This document shows, in pieces, positions 10,481-20,333 of a stretch of 64,000 nt of DNA (its first letter is position 1; each line of letters opens with the position of its first letter). Where the stretch lies: NCBI RefSeq assembly GCF_022321485.1, contig NZ_JAKOGG010000004.1:50156-114155 (forward strand), written 5' to 3'. The DNA is from Shewanella electrica. GTDB taxonomy: Bacteria; Pseudomonadota; Gammaproteobacteria; Enterobacterales; Shewanellaceae. The notes under the pieces were generated by a model that made no database searches, was not told where the DNA came from, and saw nothing but the letters and a program-made list of their open reading frames with translations. The position numbers and the translations under genes are program-made.

Positions 10481-10804
10481 ATATGTGGCATTTGCTTCAA
10501 ACTGTAGCAAATGCCGCTTTGCATCTCACCGCGATAGTCACGGCTTTTTTGAGTGCGGCAAAAGTCATTTACTCAGCTTAACGGACTGATGACTTTAAAC
10601 CTAGCGCATGCACTGTCTACGGCAAAAGGTTCTGTAAAACTCATACTCCTCGGCATTTGTTTTGTTTCTTGCACTAATCGCCATGTCATTCACCCTCCTA
10701 TGGTTGACTCAAATGATGACTGCTGGCAGGTTTAGTTATATCTAAAGTTGAAGCGTGAAATCGTTCGTTGTGTGGTCGAAGGATTAACTGCATCGGAGTT
10801 ATGC

Positions 10805-11506
10805 ATGAAACTCATTGCCATCATTACTGGCTTGTTACTGGTTATGACCAGTGCAACAGCGTCTGCGACAACGGTTACACCTGCAGCTTTTGCACCGAAG
10901 TTGGGGTTAGCAAAATATCAAGTCACATACTTAGATAAGCAGGCACAGCCGATCAGTGTCGGGGATTATCTTGGGCCTTATGATACGCATTTCAGCATGT
11001 GGCAGGAGCAAACGACGCGGGCGGTAACGGTTGCGGCTGAACCTTCGAAGCACAACACTCACCCTTTGGCTAACAGCGCAGCGACCTCATTAGCCACAGG
11101 TGAGCCTGTTCCTGCCATTCAGGGGAAAAACCTGATGGGGCGTGATGTGAAAGAAGATTGGTCAAGTAAGCAGTTTATATTGCTTAGTACCTTCTCTGTT
11201 GATTGCCCCGGTTGTGTAAGAGAGATCCCTGACGTTAAAGCTTTTTCCGAACGGCATGCTAATGTAAAAGTCCTGTATGTCACTTGGGACTCGGTAGAAA
11301 ACAGCCGCCAGTTTGCTAGTCAGTATGAGTTAGAGGCGCAGGTGATCGCCAACGCCGAACCATGGTTAACGCAAGTAGGTATCAGCACTTATCCCACGTT
11401 AATGCTGTTATCTCCCACAGGGCGTCTTCTGTATGCCGATGCGGATTATGATGCCGAAGGGCATGGGCTGCAAAAGATGGCAGAGTTGCTGATCCCCGCG
11501 GTGTAG
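10805..11506 (+). CDS. Periplasmic thiol-disulfide oxidoreductase (TlpA/ResA-like redoxin)
   Basis: Signal peptide MKLIAIITGLLLVMTSATASA. The thioredoxin-fold motif FSVDCPGCVREIP is a C-x-x-C. GGAG lies 5 nt before the ATG at 10805. Confidence 0.65.
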   Translation: MKLIAIITGLLLVMTSATASATTVTPAAFAPKLGLAKYQVTYLDKQAQPISVGDYLGPYDTHFSMWQEQTTRAVTVAAEPSKHNTHPLANSAATSLATGEPVPAIQGKNLMGRDVKEDWSSKQFILLSTFSVDCPGCVREIPDVKAFSERHANVKVLYVTWDSVENSRQFASQYELEAQVIANAEPWLTQVGISTYPTLMLLSPTGRLLYADADYDAEGHGLQKMAELLIPAV

Positions 11507-11618
11507 CGCTGCCCGAAGGGTTCATTTAAATGCCTGCTGAACTTGGTTGCGCTAGTTGACTCATTGCCACTGGCTGCGCCTCGCCCATAATGCGGTTGCT
11601 TTGAACGAAAATTAAACA

Positions 11619-11831
11619 CTAAAGAGAAGCAGCCTCTAAGGCGGTCAACTGCTCATTCAAATTAGCCCAATGTTGGCAAGCGTCGTAGCATGCTTGGGCC
11701 ATTTGTGGCAGTTCTTCAAAAGCCGCTGGTAGCCTATCTTCTACCAGATCATGTAATTCACCCGCCCGTTCAGACGCGATACGTTTGGCGCGGCGCACCT
11801 CTTTTTGCAGTTGTTCCAATTGTTGTGCCAT
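11619..11831 (-). CDS. Small all-helical hypothetical protein (70 aa)
   Basis: MAQQLEQLQKEVRRAKRIASERAGEL... is coiled-coil-like. A strong AAGGGA RBS lies 7 nt upstream of the ATG. No recognisable family. Confidence 0.4.
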   Translation of the reverse strand: MAQQLEQLQKEVRRAKRIASERAGELHDLVEDRLPAAFEELPQMAQACYDACQHWANLNEQLTALEAASL

Positions 11832-12603
11832 GATTTGTCCCTTGCTGTTAATCAACTGGTCAATAACGCTTCAAAAAGTAGACCAACGATAATTCCCAAT
11901 AAATCAGCATATTAATTATCTTATGCACGTAGTAAATGTGACAAACTACCGGCTTTTGGCAGGTTTTCGACAAAGATAACTGAACGTGGCGTATCAGTGA
12001 ACGACGTGGCATGGTCCGCAAAAGCCCCCGTCAGTTGATATCAATTCGTGGTTGCTAATTGGACATTATTTCACAGCGCCTTACGGCGAACTTTTTTAAA
12101 GCCGATACGGCTAAGGATGATACACAGTGGCGTTAAGACGCCATTTATGCCGCTGCGATATGCTGCTAACGGGCTTTTTTCTGCTCACTATTGCAACAAT
12201 ATTTACAATTTGTCGGTGATATTTTGCTAGAGCAAACAGCGTTGATGGGGTAATGTGCGCACCCGTACCGAACTTCAAAATTTTAGCTTGGATTACGGTA
12301 GTAGTTGGTCGTGTTTTATCAATCATTGTAGTGAGTTAGCGGGGCCGCGGCGTTGGACGCTGGTGGTGATATTGCAGTGTATTTGCGGCGGTTAAGTCGC
12401 GCTTTATCAGCCGCTGAATTGAGTCATGGTGGCTAACCACTGCTCTAGGAGCTGTTGCTGGAGCATAACGACACCGCACACCACCTTCCATGCCTAACTC
12501 ATGCGCTGCCAGCTGCAACAACAGCCAGCAAAGATAACCATCCCCTAATATCCATAGATTATTTGTTTGAGCTAGTAGACGTTAAAAATGAAGCAATCGA
12601 TGT

Positions 12604-13599
12604 GTGGCTGTTGTCATTGGATTGATGCATATGGCGAATGAAGTACTAAAAGTGCTGATGGTTGATAACGCTATGCTGATGTGCGATTTCGTTCACTCTG
12701 TGGTGGCGAAAATCGACGGCGTTAGCCTGATTAGGGCAAATAGCTATCGCATGGCTTGCGACATTTTAGCAACGGAATCGGTCGATTTGTTGCTAACGGA
12801 AATTAATCTCGATACTCAGGCCTGTCTTGGGTTAGAGCTGGTGGGCCGCCTGCGTTCTGACGAGTTTGAAGCTACGGCTTACAGCATTCCCATTATCGTG
12901 TGTTCAAGTGTTGCGCTTCGCAGTGCTGTGCGCGATGCCTTGTTATACGATGTCAGCGACTTTCTTATCAAGCCGATTTCCGCCGATATTGTGAAATCGA
13001 AACTGCAATACCATCTCACTCGGCCGAATGAGGTCAAACAAGTGGCGTTTTATGATCGGTTGCATCAATACCGCTTGCAACAGGCAGAAGAGAAGCCAAA
13101 GCCAAACAGCGGCTTAAAAGCTTGGATCGTATTGTCTCCTACCAGCGACAGCGAACAAACTCCGTTTGATGACGATGAGAGTGATGATGGGGTGCTCTAT
13201 CGCATGGAGGAGTTTATTCGCTGGCCAGATGATACTTCTACCGGTAATCAGGCCATTGATAAACATCTGAAAAAACTGGCGTTTCACGTTAATGGTTTAT
13301 ACTTCGCTTATAAACACAATCGTCGCTTGATCGTGCTAGGTAAAGAGCGCGATAACGTCTGCCAAGCTGTGACATTTTTGGTGCAAGTCATCGGCAGAAA
13401 TTATGTCGAGAATCACACTGATCCGCTATTGCAGCGATTGATGCAGCGCTTGGATAAGCTGGAGCAGATTAACGCTGAGTTGTTGGCGATTGATCTGGTA
13501 CATCATCGAAAATTAGCGCGGGTGTTACGTGCTATATCGCAATGGTGGATGGCAACTTGTAGTCGGCAATTTATGGAGAAAAAGCCACGCAGGCGTTGA
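12604..13599 (+). CDS. Atypical (pseudo-)receiver domain protein with an uncharacterised C-terminal domain
   Basis: The N-terminus follows the CheY-fold pattern: KVLMVDN (DD -> DN), LLLTEINL where Glu replaces the phospho-acceptor Asp, IIVCSS at the Thr/Ser position, and FLIKPI at the conserved Lys. The 200-aa C-terminal region is unrecognised. The start is ambiguous among GTG 12604, ATG 12625 and ATG 12631. Confidence 0.5.
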   Translation: MAVVIGLMHMANEVLKVLMVDNAMLMCDFVHSVVAKIDGVSLIRANSYRMACDILATESVDLLLTEINLDTQACLGLELVGRLRSDEFEATAYSIPIIVCSSVALRSAVRDALLYDVSDFLIKPISADIVKSKLQYHLTRPNEVKQVAFYDRLHQYRLQQAEEKPKPNSGLKAWIVLSPTSDSEQTPFDDDESDDGVLYRMEEFIRWPDDTSTGNQAIDKHLKKLAFHVNGLYFAYKHNRRLIVLGKERDNVCQAVTFLVQVIGRNYVENHTDPLLQRLMQRLDKLEQINAELLAIDLVHHRKLARVLRAISQWWMATCSRQFMEKKPRRR

Positions 13600-13948
13600 T
13601 TTAGCCGCTTGTCTCAATTGGCGGTATAACGTTGCATACCATTGTTATCGGCGGCAGCGGGTGAGGTCGATAAGGCCGGTGGTCGATTGTGTTGTCATTC
13701 ACGGCAATAGCGACTAACGCTGAATAAATTGCCGCCTGAAACGGCATTAAACGCGTGTTTTATGGCGTAGCCTCTGCTTATCTTGTTTGACCAGCGCCAC
13801 TGGCAGCGCGCTTTTTATCGCGCGGTTAACCTGATTGAATACCCAATATCAACGCTCGATAATCCTTTACTTTTATTAGACAACTCAGCGGCTTATATGT
13901 GATTCTTCGCGGTGTTGTTATCCCTCGTTACTGATTGTTGGACTTTTT

Positions 13949-14905
13949 ATGAAGCAGTTACTTATTTTCGTGAGCCTCGTTTGGCTGAGCTGTTCGCCAG
14001 TCTATGCCGTAGAGTTAGGTTTTAGCGGTATGACCCAAATTAACGAACATGCGTATCTGGTCGTGCTGGATAAGAAAGTGTTCCACCAAGGGGAACGGGT
14101 TGGCATTCTCAATATCGGTAAACACGGCAAACAGAAGTTTAAGCCGGTGACCATTGCTGATTGGCATGATGATGATGGTCAAGCGAGTGACCTCGAATCT
14201 GTATGCAAGTTACCGCAAACCGATGATGAATACCTGCTGGCTGAATCGGGTTACTGGCATGGTAAGTTTGGCCGTATTTTTCACATCCAACTAAAGCAAC
14301 AACAAGCTAAGGTGCTGCATGTTTATCATCTGCCTAACTATGTGAGTAACTCAGAGCAGGTTGACGGTGATAACTTTGAGGGATTGGAGTGTGTGGCTCA
14401 CGGCCAGCAAACTTATCTGGTACTCGGCGAGCGCGGTGGTAGTGAACTGTACCGTTCCGGCTTACTTAGATTCGGCTTGCTCAATGCTGATAAAACGCAA
14501 GTGGATTGGCAATCTTATGCCGACAACGCACTGCCAGTGAGCGCTCCAGGTCAATGGCATAATGTTGATGGCAAGCGCAGTATTGCTGATCTCTATCTCG
14601 ATCCGCACGGCACCTTATGGGCAGTGGCGACTGAAGATGCTGGTGATCAAGGGCCGTTTCGCTCGGTGATTTACGCCGCCGCCAAATTGGTAGCCCCAAC
14701 CGCTGAGCAACCATTGCCATTACAACTGACCACGCCAACACAGGCCCAATGGGTTGTTGATGGTTTTAAAGTCGAGGCGTTAGCTGCGCCCACCCAGCGT
14801 ATTAATAATAGTGTGATGAGCTTTGGTACCGAGGATGAAGACTTCGGTGGCGTCTGGCGCGTGCTATTTGCACCGCTCGAAAATTCAGCGCAGCTGGTTA
14901 AATAA
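13949..14905 (+). CDS. Secreted hypothetical protein
   Basis: Signal peptide MKQLLIFVSLVWLSCSPVYA. 318 aa, hydrophilic, no recognisable motif. Confidence 0.45.
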   Translation: MKQLLIFVSLVWLSCSPVYAVELGFSGMTQINEHAYLVVLDKKVFHQGERVGILNIGKHGKQKFKPVTIADWHDDDGQASDLESVCKLPQTDDEYLLAESGYWHGKFGRIFHIQLKQQQAKVLHVYHLPNYVSNSEQVDGDNFEGLECVAHGQQTYLVLGERGGSELYRSGLLRFGLLNADKTQVDWQSYADNALPVSAPGQWHNVDGKRSIADLYLDPHGTLWAVATEDAGDQGPFRSVIYAAAKLVAPTAEQPLPLQLTTPTQAQWVVDGFKVEALAAPTQRINNSVMSFGTEDEDFGGVWRVLFAPLENSAQLVK

Positions 14906-15213
14906 TATCATTTGTATGACTATATTAGTGATGGCTAAATATCTTTGTTATGTGCTGATATTTAGCTTTTTATATTAAAAAAATCAGCATGTGTTTACTG
15001 ATGACTTGGTAATCATGCTGATTATGTAGTGAAAACAGCTTGAATATTATTAAGTTACATATCTTTATTTAGTTTTTAATGATATATCGTTGAATTGCCC
15101 GCTCACACAATGATGCTAGTCTTCGCAGACGTTTTTTTAACGACCCAGTCACTGGGGGCTTCACCATCCCTTTAAGGGAAATACTAAAAACTCTGCAAGA
15201 GCGAGCAATAATA

Positions 15214-16503
15214 ATGAATAGCACTTCTATTTCTGCCAAAGATAAGCGCACGATTAATATCGTGTTCTTTCTCTCAGCGGTGATTATAACGCTGGCCACT
15301 CTTCAAAATCAGTTACCGTCAGGGCTCATTGGGGCACTGGGCATCATGGCGGTTGTTGGTTATTTACTTAATCTCATTGGTAACAAGACGCCAATCATCA
15401 ATCAATTTTTTGGTGGCGGGGCGATCGTGGTTATCTTTGGTTCATCTTACATTTTTCATAGCGGCTGGATGCCACAAGAGACCGTAACCACGGTAACGAC
15501 CTTCATGAAAGGAGGCGGTTTCTTAGCATTCTTTATCGCCAGTTTGGTCACAGGATCTGTTTTGGGGATGGATTCTAACGTACTGAAAAAGGCCGCACTG
15601 AAATATATTCCAGTGATCCTTGGTAGTGTCTTTTTTGCCTTTCTATTTGCCGGTGTTGTGGGGCATTTGTTGGGCGAGGGATTCTTTGAATCCATCATGT
15701 TAATTGCGTTGCCGATCATGGGGGGCGGCATGGGCGCTGGCGCGGTGCCGCTAGTGGAAATTATGTCGGGGCAAACTGACATGAGCAGCGAAGCCTTGAT
15801 GTCTAAAATGGTTCCCGCACTGGCCATTGGTAATGCGATTGCCATTGTCGTCGCTGGGCTGTTGCACAAACTGGGTCAGTACGTGCCATCATTGACGGGT
15901 AATGGCCGTCTGATGCGAGATGGCGACGTAAAAGAGCAGATGGAAGAGATACGCGACGCACACACCGTGCAACAACTCGGTCTTGGCGCGCTTTTAGCTA
16001 TCTCAATGTTTTTTGTTGGCACCTTGTTGGCCTCTGTGATCGACATGCATCCTTATGCATTGATGATCATCTTTGTGGCGCTGATTAAAGTCTCTGGGCT
16101 GTTACCACGCGAACTGGAAATTGCTGCACACGGCTGGAGCAAGTTTGTGGTCGATAACCTGACGCCAGCACTGCTGGTGGGCATTGGTGTGGTTTATACC
16201 GATTTAGGCCAGATCGCTGCGGCGCTGACGTGGGAAAACTTGCTGATGGTATTTACCACCGTCGTGGGGGCCGTTGTTGGTAGCGCCTTGGTTGGCCGTA
16301 TGATGGGCTTCTATCCGATTGAAGCGGCTATTACCGGTGGTTTGTGTATGGCAAATATGGGGGGGACCGGCGATGTAGCGGTATTGGCCTCATGCAAACG
16401 TATGGAGCTGATGCCATTTGCACAGATCTCCTCTCGCCTTGGCGGTGCGCTGATGTTGATTCTCGCTACGCTGATTTTGCAGCTATTAAGCTCAGTGATG
16501 TAA
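15214..16503 (+). CDS. 2-hydroxycarboxylate (citrate/malate):cation symporter, CitS/2HCT family
   Basis: Collinear with Klebsiella CitS: LPIMGGGMGAGAVPL, YTDLGQI, GFYPIEAAITGGLCMANMGGTGDVAVLASC and AQISSRLGGALMLILA. Confidence 0.85.
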   Translation: MNSTSISAKDKRTINIVFFLSAVIITLATLQNQLPSGLIGALGIMAVVGYLLNLIGNKTPIINQFFGGGAIVVIFGSSYIFHSGWMPQETVTTVTTFMKGGGFLAFFIASLVTGSVLGMDSNVLKKAALKYIPVILGSVFFAFLFAGVVGHLLGEGFFESIMLIALPIMGGGMGAGAVPLVEIMSGQTDMSSEALMSKMVPALAIGNAIAIVVAGLLHKLGQYVPSLTGNGRLMRDGDVKEQMEEIRDAHTVQQLGLGALLAISMFFVGTLLASVIDMHPYALMIIFVALIKVSGLLPRELEIAAHGWSKFVVDNLTPALLVGIGVVYTDLGQIAAALTWENLLMVFTTVVGAVVGSALVGRMMGFYPIEAAITGGLCMANMGGTGDVAVLASCKRMELMPFAQISSRLGGALMLILATLILQLLSSVM

Positions 16504-16528
16504 CTCCCATTCTTTTGCCCAAACTCCA

Positions 16529-16556
16529 AGCCTCGGCAGTTGCCGAGGCTTTTTGC
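16529..16556 (+). terminator. Rho-independent terminator after the CitS-family gene
   Basis: gcctcggca-gt-tgccgaggc followed by tttttg. Confidence 0.8.
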
Positions 16557-17035
16557 TACATAAGGGCTTGCTCAGCCAATATAGACAGATGCTCCCGATG
16601 TCATCAACTGCTGTTGCTATGGTCGTTGCGCATCAACTCCGTGTCTGTTCTGTGTCAGCATCCCGTCTTTAGGTGCTAGCGCTGGTTGCTGCCAATGCAG
16701 CCCTTAGGCTAAGTGTTCCGCTAATTCACCGTTGCTGCGGGATTGGCGAACGCTTCATCGAATTATGCAAATTGTGCAGCACATTAGCAGCATTCTGTTT
16801 TTCGGCTCAAAATTATCAAGTTATAAAAGTGATAAAAATCAGTGTATTAAATATTTACAGTCTGTTGTTTGTTGTTGGCTAGCCGATGTTGTCGCTGCAG
16901 AATGAAAAGCGACTCTGAAGAATTAGGCAATAATGGAAGAGGATCAGGCAGAGTAATATCCGCTTGATTTCTGCATAATATCCGCCGTATTTAATACCTG
17001 TATTTTTAACTGAAGAGCAATAGGGAATCGATTTT

Positions 17036-18085
17036 ATGAAAACAGTAGGATATGCGGCACACTCAGCCGACTCAGCATTAGTTCCTTATCACTTTGAACG
17101 TCGTGACTTACGCGCCAATGACGTGGCTATCGAGATTCTGTATAGCGGCGTATGTCACTCAGATTTGCACACAGTGAACGGTGACTGGGGCCCACAACCC
17201 TATCCATTGGTGCCAGGTCACGAAATCGTTGGTGTGGTGAAATCCGTCGGTGCTGACGTTAAAAACTATAAAGTTGGTGACCATGTTGCCGTTGGCTGTA
17301 TGGTTGATAGCTGCCAAGAGTGTGACCAGTGCCATCACCATGAAGAACAGTATTGCCGCAACGGTATGACTGGCACTTATGGCGCACCTGATCGCCAAAC
17401 TGGCGATATCACCCAAGGTGGCTACTCCAAGCACATCGTGGTACGTGAAGAGTTTGTCCTGCGCATTCCTGACAACATGGATATCAGCAAAGCTGCGCCA
17501 ATTCTGTGTGCGGGTATCACTACCTTTTCACCACTGCGTACGTGGAACGTGACTAAAGGCACCCGTGTCGGTGTTATTGGTCTGGGCGGTTTGGGCCACA
17601 TGGCTGTGAAATTAGCGCATGCTATGGGCGCAGAAGTCACCGCTATCAGCCGTTCTAAAAACAAAGAAAAAGAAGCGATCGCCATGGGCGCTAAAGGCAT
17701 TTTGGCGTCTACCGATGCTGATGCAATGGCCGCTGCCGCAAACGCATTTGATATCATCATCGATACCGTACCGGTCAAGCACGACGTGACCATGTACGCG
17801 CCGCTGTTGGACGTTGACGGAACTATCGTTATCGTCGGCCAAGTCGGTCCGTTGGAAGAGCCGTTGACACTGCCATTGATTCTGGGTCGTCGCCGCATTG
17901 CCGGTTCTTTGATCGGTGGCATCAAAGAAACTCAAGAAGTCTTGGATTTCTGTGCCGAGCACAACGTCTATCCAGACTGCGAAATGATCAAAATGGAAGA
18001 TATCAACAGTGCCTTTGAACGTTTGGCACAAGGTGACTTGGCACACCGCTTCGTTATCGATATGTCTTCGCTGTCTGCTGAGTAA
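17036..18085 (+). CDS. NADP-dependent zinc alcohol/aldehyde reductase (YahK/cinnamyl-ADH family)
   Basis: The GVCHSDLH and PGHEIVG zinc-site motifs, the GLGGLGHMAVKLA Rossmann motif and the length all match YahK-like MDR enzymes. Confidence 0.85.
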   Translation: MKTVGYAAHSADSALVPYHFERRDLRANDVAIEILYSGVCHSDLHTVNGDWGPQPYPLVPGHEIVGVVKSVGADVKNYKVGDHVAVGCMVDSCQECDQCHHHEEQYCRNGMTGTYGAPDRQTGDITQGGYSKHIVVREEFVLRIPDNMDISKAAPILCAGITTFSPLRTWNVTKGTRVGVIGLGGLGHMAVKLAHAMGAEVTAISRSKNKEKEAIAMGAKGILASTDADAMAAAANAFDIIIDTVPVKHDVTMYAPLLDVDGTIVIVGQVGPLEEPLTLPLILGRRRIAGSLIGGIKETQEVLDFCAEHNVYPDCEMIKMEDINSAFERLAQGDLAHRFVIDMSSLSAE

Positions 18086-18100
18086 GCAGGATTTAGCACA

Positions 18101-18129
18101 AAAACGGTAGCCGCGGCTGCCGTTTTTTA
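18101..18129 (+). terminator. Rho-independent terminator after the yahK-like gene
   Basis: acggtagccg/cggctgccgt hairpin followed by tttttt. Confidence 0.7.
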
Positions 18130-18321
18130 TGCTTATTTTTGCTGGTGGTTTTTGCAGCTTGCTTAGTTGATGCGTCGCAGGCCGCGCCTCGTTCAGAATG
18201 TGTTTAATTTGGATAAAAATTAAACAATAAAAATAAACTGCTCCCAGCAGCATGACGGCCACCAAGGAAAATATTAAGGTAGCAGCGGTATACCTACCCA
18301 AAAGCGATAAGGAGTTTTGCT

Positions 18322-19245
18322 GTGGTAATGGAACAAGTGAATAAGCTGGACCGCGCGCGTGGATGTTTGATTGGCCTTGCAGTAGGCGATGCCATCGGCA
18401 CTACGGTGGAATTTATGCCGCGCGGCACATTCACCCCAATTGATGATATGCAGGGCGGCGGCCATTTTCAGTTGCAAAAAGGCCAGTGGACCGACGATAC
18501 CTCAATGGCATTGTGTTTAGGCCACAGTTTGCTGGAACGCAATGGCTTTGATGCCCACGACCAGATGCTGCGTTATTGTGACTGGCATGACAACGGCTAC
18601 ATGAGTAGCACTGGCAGTTGCTTTGATATCGGTAATACCGTACTGGCCGCATTGCAGCGTTTCCAACAAACTGGTGACCCTAACGCCGGGGCCACCAGCC
18701 GCTGGAGTTCTGGTAATGGCGCGTTGATGCGAATGGCGCCGATTGCGCTGTATTATCACGATGATGCCAACAAAGCCGCGTTTTATGGCGCCGAAAGCTC
18801 ACGTACCACGCACGCCTCTGCCTTGTGTCTTGATACCGCACAATACTTCGCCCAGCTGTTAGTCACCTTAATCGACGGCGCTGACAAATCTTGCTGTTTC
18901 AGTTTGCACTATCAACCGAAAACCCCTGAGTTAGCCGCCATTATGTCGGCAGAGCTGCTAAGCAAACAGCCTGCGCAATTGCGCGGGAGCGGTTATGTGA
19001 TGGAATGTTTAGAAGCTGCGTTATGGTGTTTTTTAACGACGGATAGCTTTGCTGCTTGTGTGCTGGCTGCCGCTAATCTCGGTGATGATGCTGATACCAC
19101 CGCTGCTGTTGCCGGGCAACTTGCTGGCGCGTACTACGGCTATCAAGCGATTCGCGCAGATTGGCGTGCGGCACTTTGCCAACACGATGACATGTTACTG
19201 TTGGCCGATGCCTTATGGCATGCTGAAGCCTCACCGTGTGATTAG
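18322..19245 (+). CDS. ADP-ribosylglycohydrolase (DraG/ARH3 family)
   Basis: N-terminal RGCLIGLAVGDAIGTTVEF and C-terminal LGDDADTTAAVAGQLAGAYYG are the two hallmark metal-binding blocks of the ADP-ribosylglycohydrolase family. TDDTSMALCL is also present. Confidence 0.85.
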   Translation: MVMEQVNKLDRARGCLIGLAVGDAIGTTVEFMPRGTFTPIDDMQGGGHFQLQKGQWTDDTSMALCLGHSLLERNGFDAHDQMLRYCDWHDNGYMSSTGSCFDIGNTVLAALQRFQQTGDPNAGATSRWSSGNGALMRMAPIALYYHDDANKAAFYGAESSRTTHASALCLDTAQYFAQLLVTLIDGADKSCCFSLHYQPKTPELAAIMSAELLSKQPAQLRGSGYVMECLEAALWCFLTTDSFAACVLAAANLGDDADTTAAVAGQLAGAYYGYQAIRADWRAALCQHDDMLLLADALWHAEASPCD

Positions 19246-19250
19246 CCACT

Positions 19251-20060
19251 ATGACCTCAGAGTATGCCGCAGATGCTGCTGAACTACAGCGTTTAACCCA
19301 GCTGTGCATTCCCTTTAATCGTTGTAATGTTCCGGCTTGGTTGCTGGCGAGTACCGGCTACCAAGCGCGGCCGATCCCGTTACTGCTAGACAGTATTGTG
19401 ACTTGGTATCAACCGCTGTTTGATGAGTTAGCCTTATTGCCAGACGCTGGAGCACGTGCCGATGCCTTTGAGCGTTTTATGCAGCAACGGTTTGACTTGA
19501 GTACCTTGGCGGATGAACCACCACAACGGGCTAAGCTGCACTATCGACGCATGATCATCGGTTGGCTGTTTGATTCAGACAATGACCAAGGTGCGGCATG
19601 GCGGAGCTGGGCCGAATCCCGTTTTGGCTTGCTGACGCAGTTTCATCGTCAGCCGCTGTCAACGCCAGACAGTACCAGTTATGGACGCTATCGCCAGCAC
19701 AGCTTCGCCGCCACTAACAATAGCAATGAGTTGTTTGAACAACTCGATCTGCTGTATCAATTTTGCCAGCTACAGCTAACGCTGTCACCGCAAGCCCCAT
19801 CTCACCTGACACTCTATCGCGGTTGTGCTCACTTAGAGGAGTTGAGCGACATCGCCGCTGGCGTGGTGCAGTTTAATAATCTCAGTTCATTTGCGGCAAC
19901 CGCCGAGAGTGCTGCCCAATTTGGCAGTTGTGTGTATCAAGTTGCGGTACCGCTGAGCAAGATTGTTTGTTACGAGTCGCTATTGCCAAACATCATGACT
20001 GGCGAGCAGGAATTTATGGTACTTGGCGGCCTTTATCGCAGTCGCTTATTGCGCGTATAA
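19251..20060 (+). CDS. Putative R-S-E class ADP-ribosyltransferase (DraT-like), coupled to the upstream hydrolase
   Basis: It starts 5 nt after the ARH stop codon. The C-terminal region carries the three ART motifs in order: aromatic-Arg LTLYRG, Ser-rich FNNLSSFAAT, and G-E-x-E followed by hydrophobics (TGEQEFMVLGG, compare C3/iota GEYEVLL). The N-terminal half (...GARADAFERFMQQRFDL...) is not recognisable by eye. Confidence 0.5.
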   Translation: MTSEYAADAAELQRLTQLCIPFNRCNVPAWLLASTGYQARPIPLLLDSIVTWYQPLFDELALLPDAGARADAFERFMQQRFDLSTLADEPPQRAKLHYRRMIIGWLFDSDNDQGAAWRSWAESRFGLLTQFHRQPLSTPDSTSYGRYRQHSFAATNNSNELFEQLDLLYQFCQLQLTLSPQAPSHLTLYRGCAHLEELSDIAAGVVQFNNLSSFAATAESAAQFGSCVYQVAVPLSKIVCYESLLPNIMTGEQEFMVLGGLYRSRLLRV

Positions 20061-20333
20061 TCTATCATTCACCGCATCTCTAATCTGTAAAATCCATCCA
20101 TCTAATACGATTTTTAATCCGTGTTACGACTTCATATTGTAAAGCGTCGCTTTTTAGCCAATAGTTATAACTTGTTGAAAGTTTAGGCGGCAAGTTGCTT
20201 TTGTTGTGCAACACTTAGGGTCGGTGTAAACAAGTCTTCGCGACGCAGACACGTGCGGGACATTCGCACCCTCCTTAATCGATAGCCAATTGGTGTTCAT
20301 CACCTTAGGTGTTCATTTGCACGGAGAGCTACA

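Noticed and set aside
12048-12521. Small ORFs in the 750-bp gap upstream of the pseudo-receiver gene (12048-12230, 12111-12326, 12336-12521)
   Set aside because: They are mutually overlapping, lack RBSs and have no family resemblance. A GC-rich tract (12330-12520) might be a gene remnant but cannot be supported.
17159-18301. Antisense ORFs inside yahK (17422-17925, 17612-18301). Similar long shadow ORFs occur inside amtB (50150-50698), mdh (57726-58085), nrfA and the protease gene.
   Set aside because: They overlap well-supported genes on the opposite strand. They lack RBSs and have low-complexity or skewed composition (Ser/Arg/Cys-rich), typical of shadow frames.
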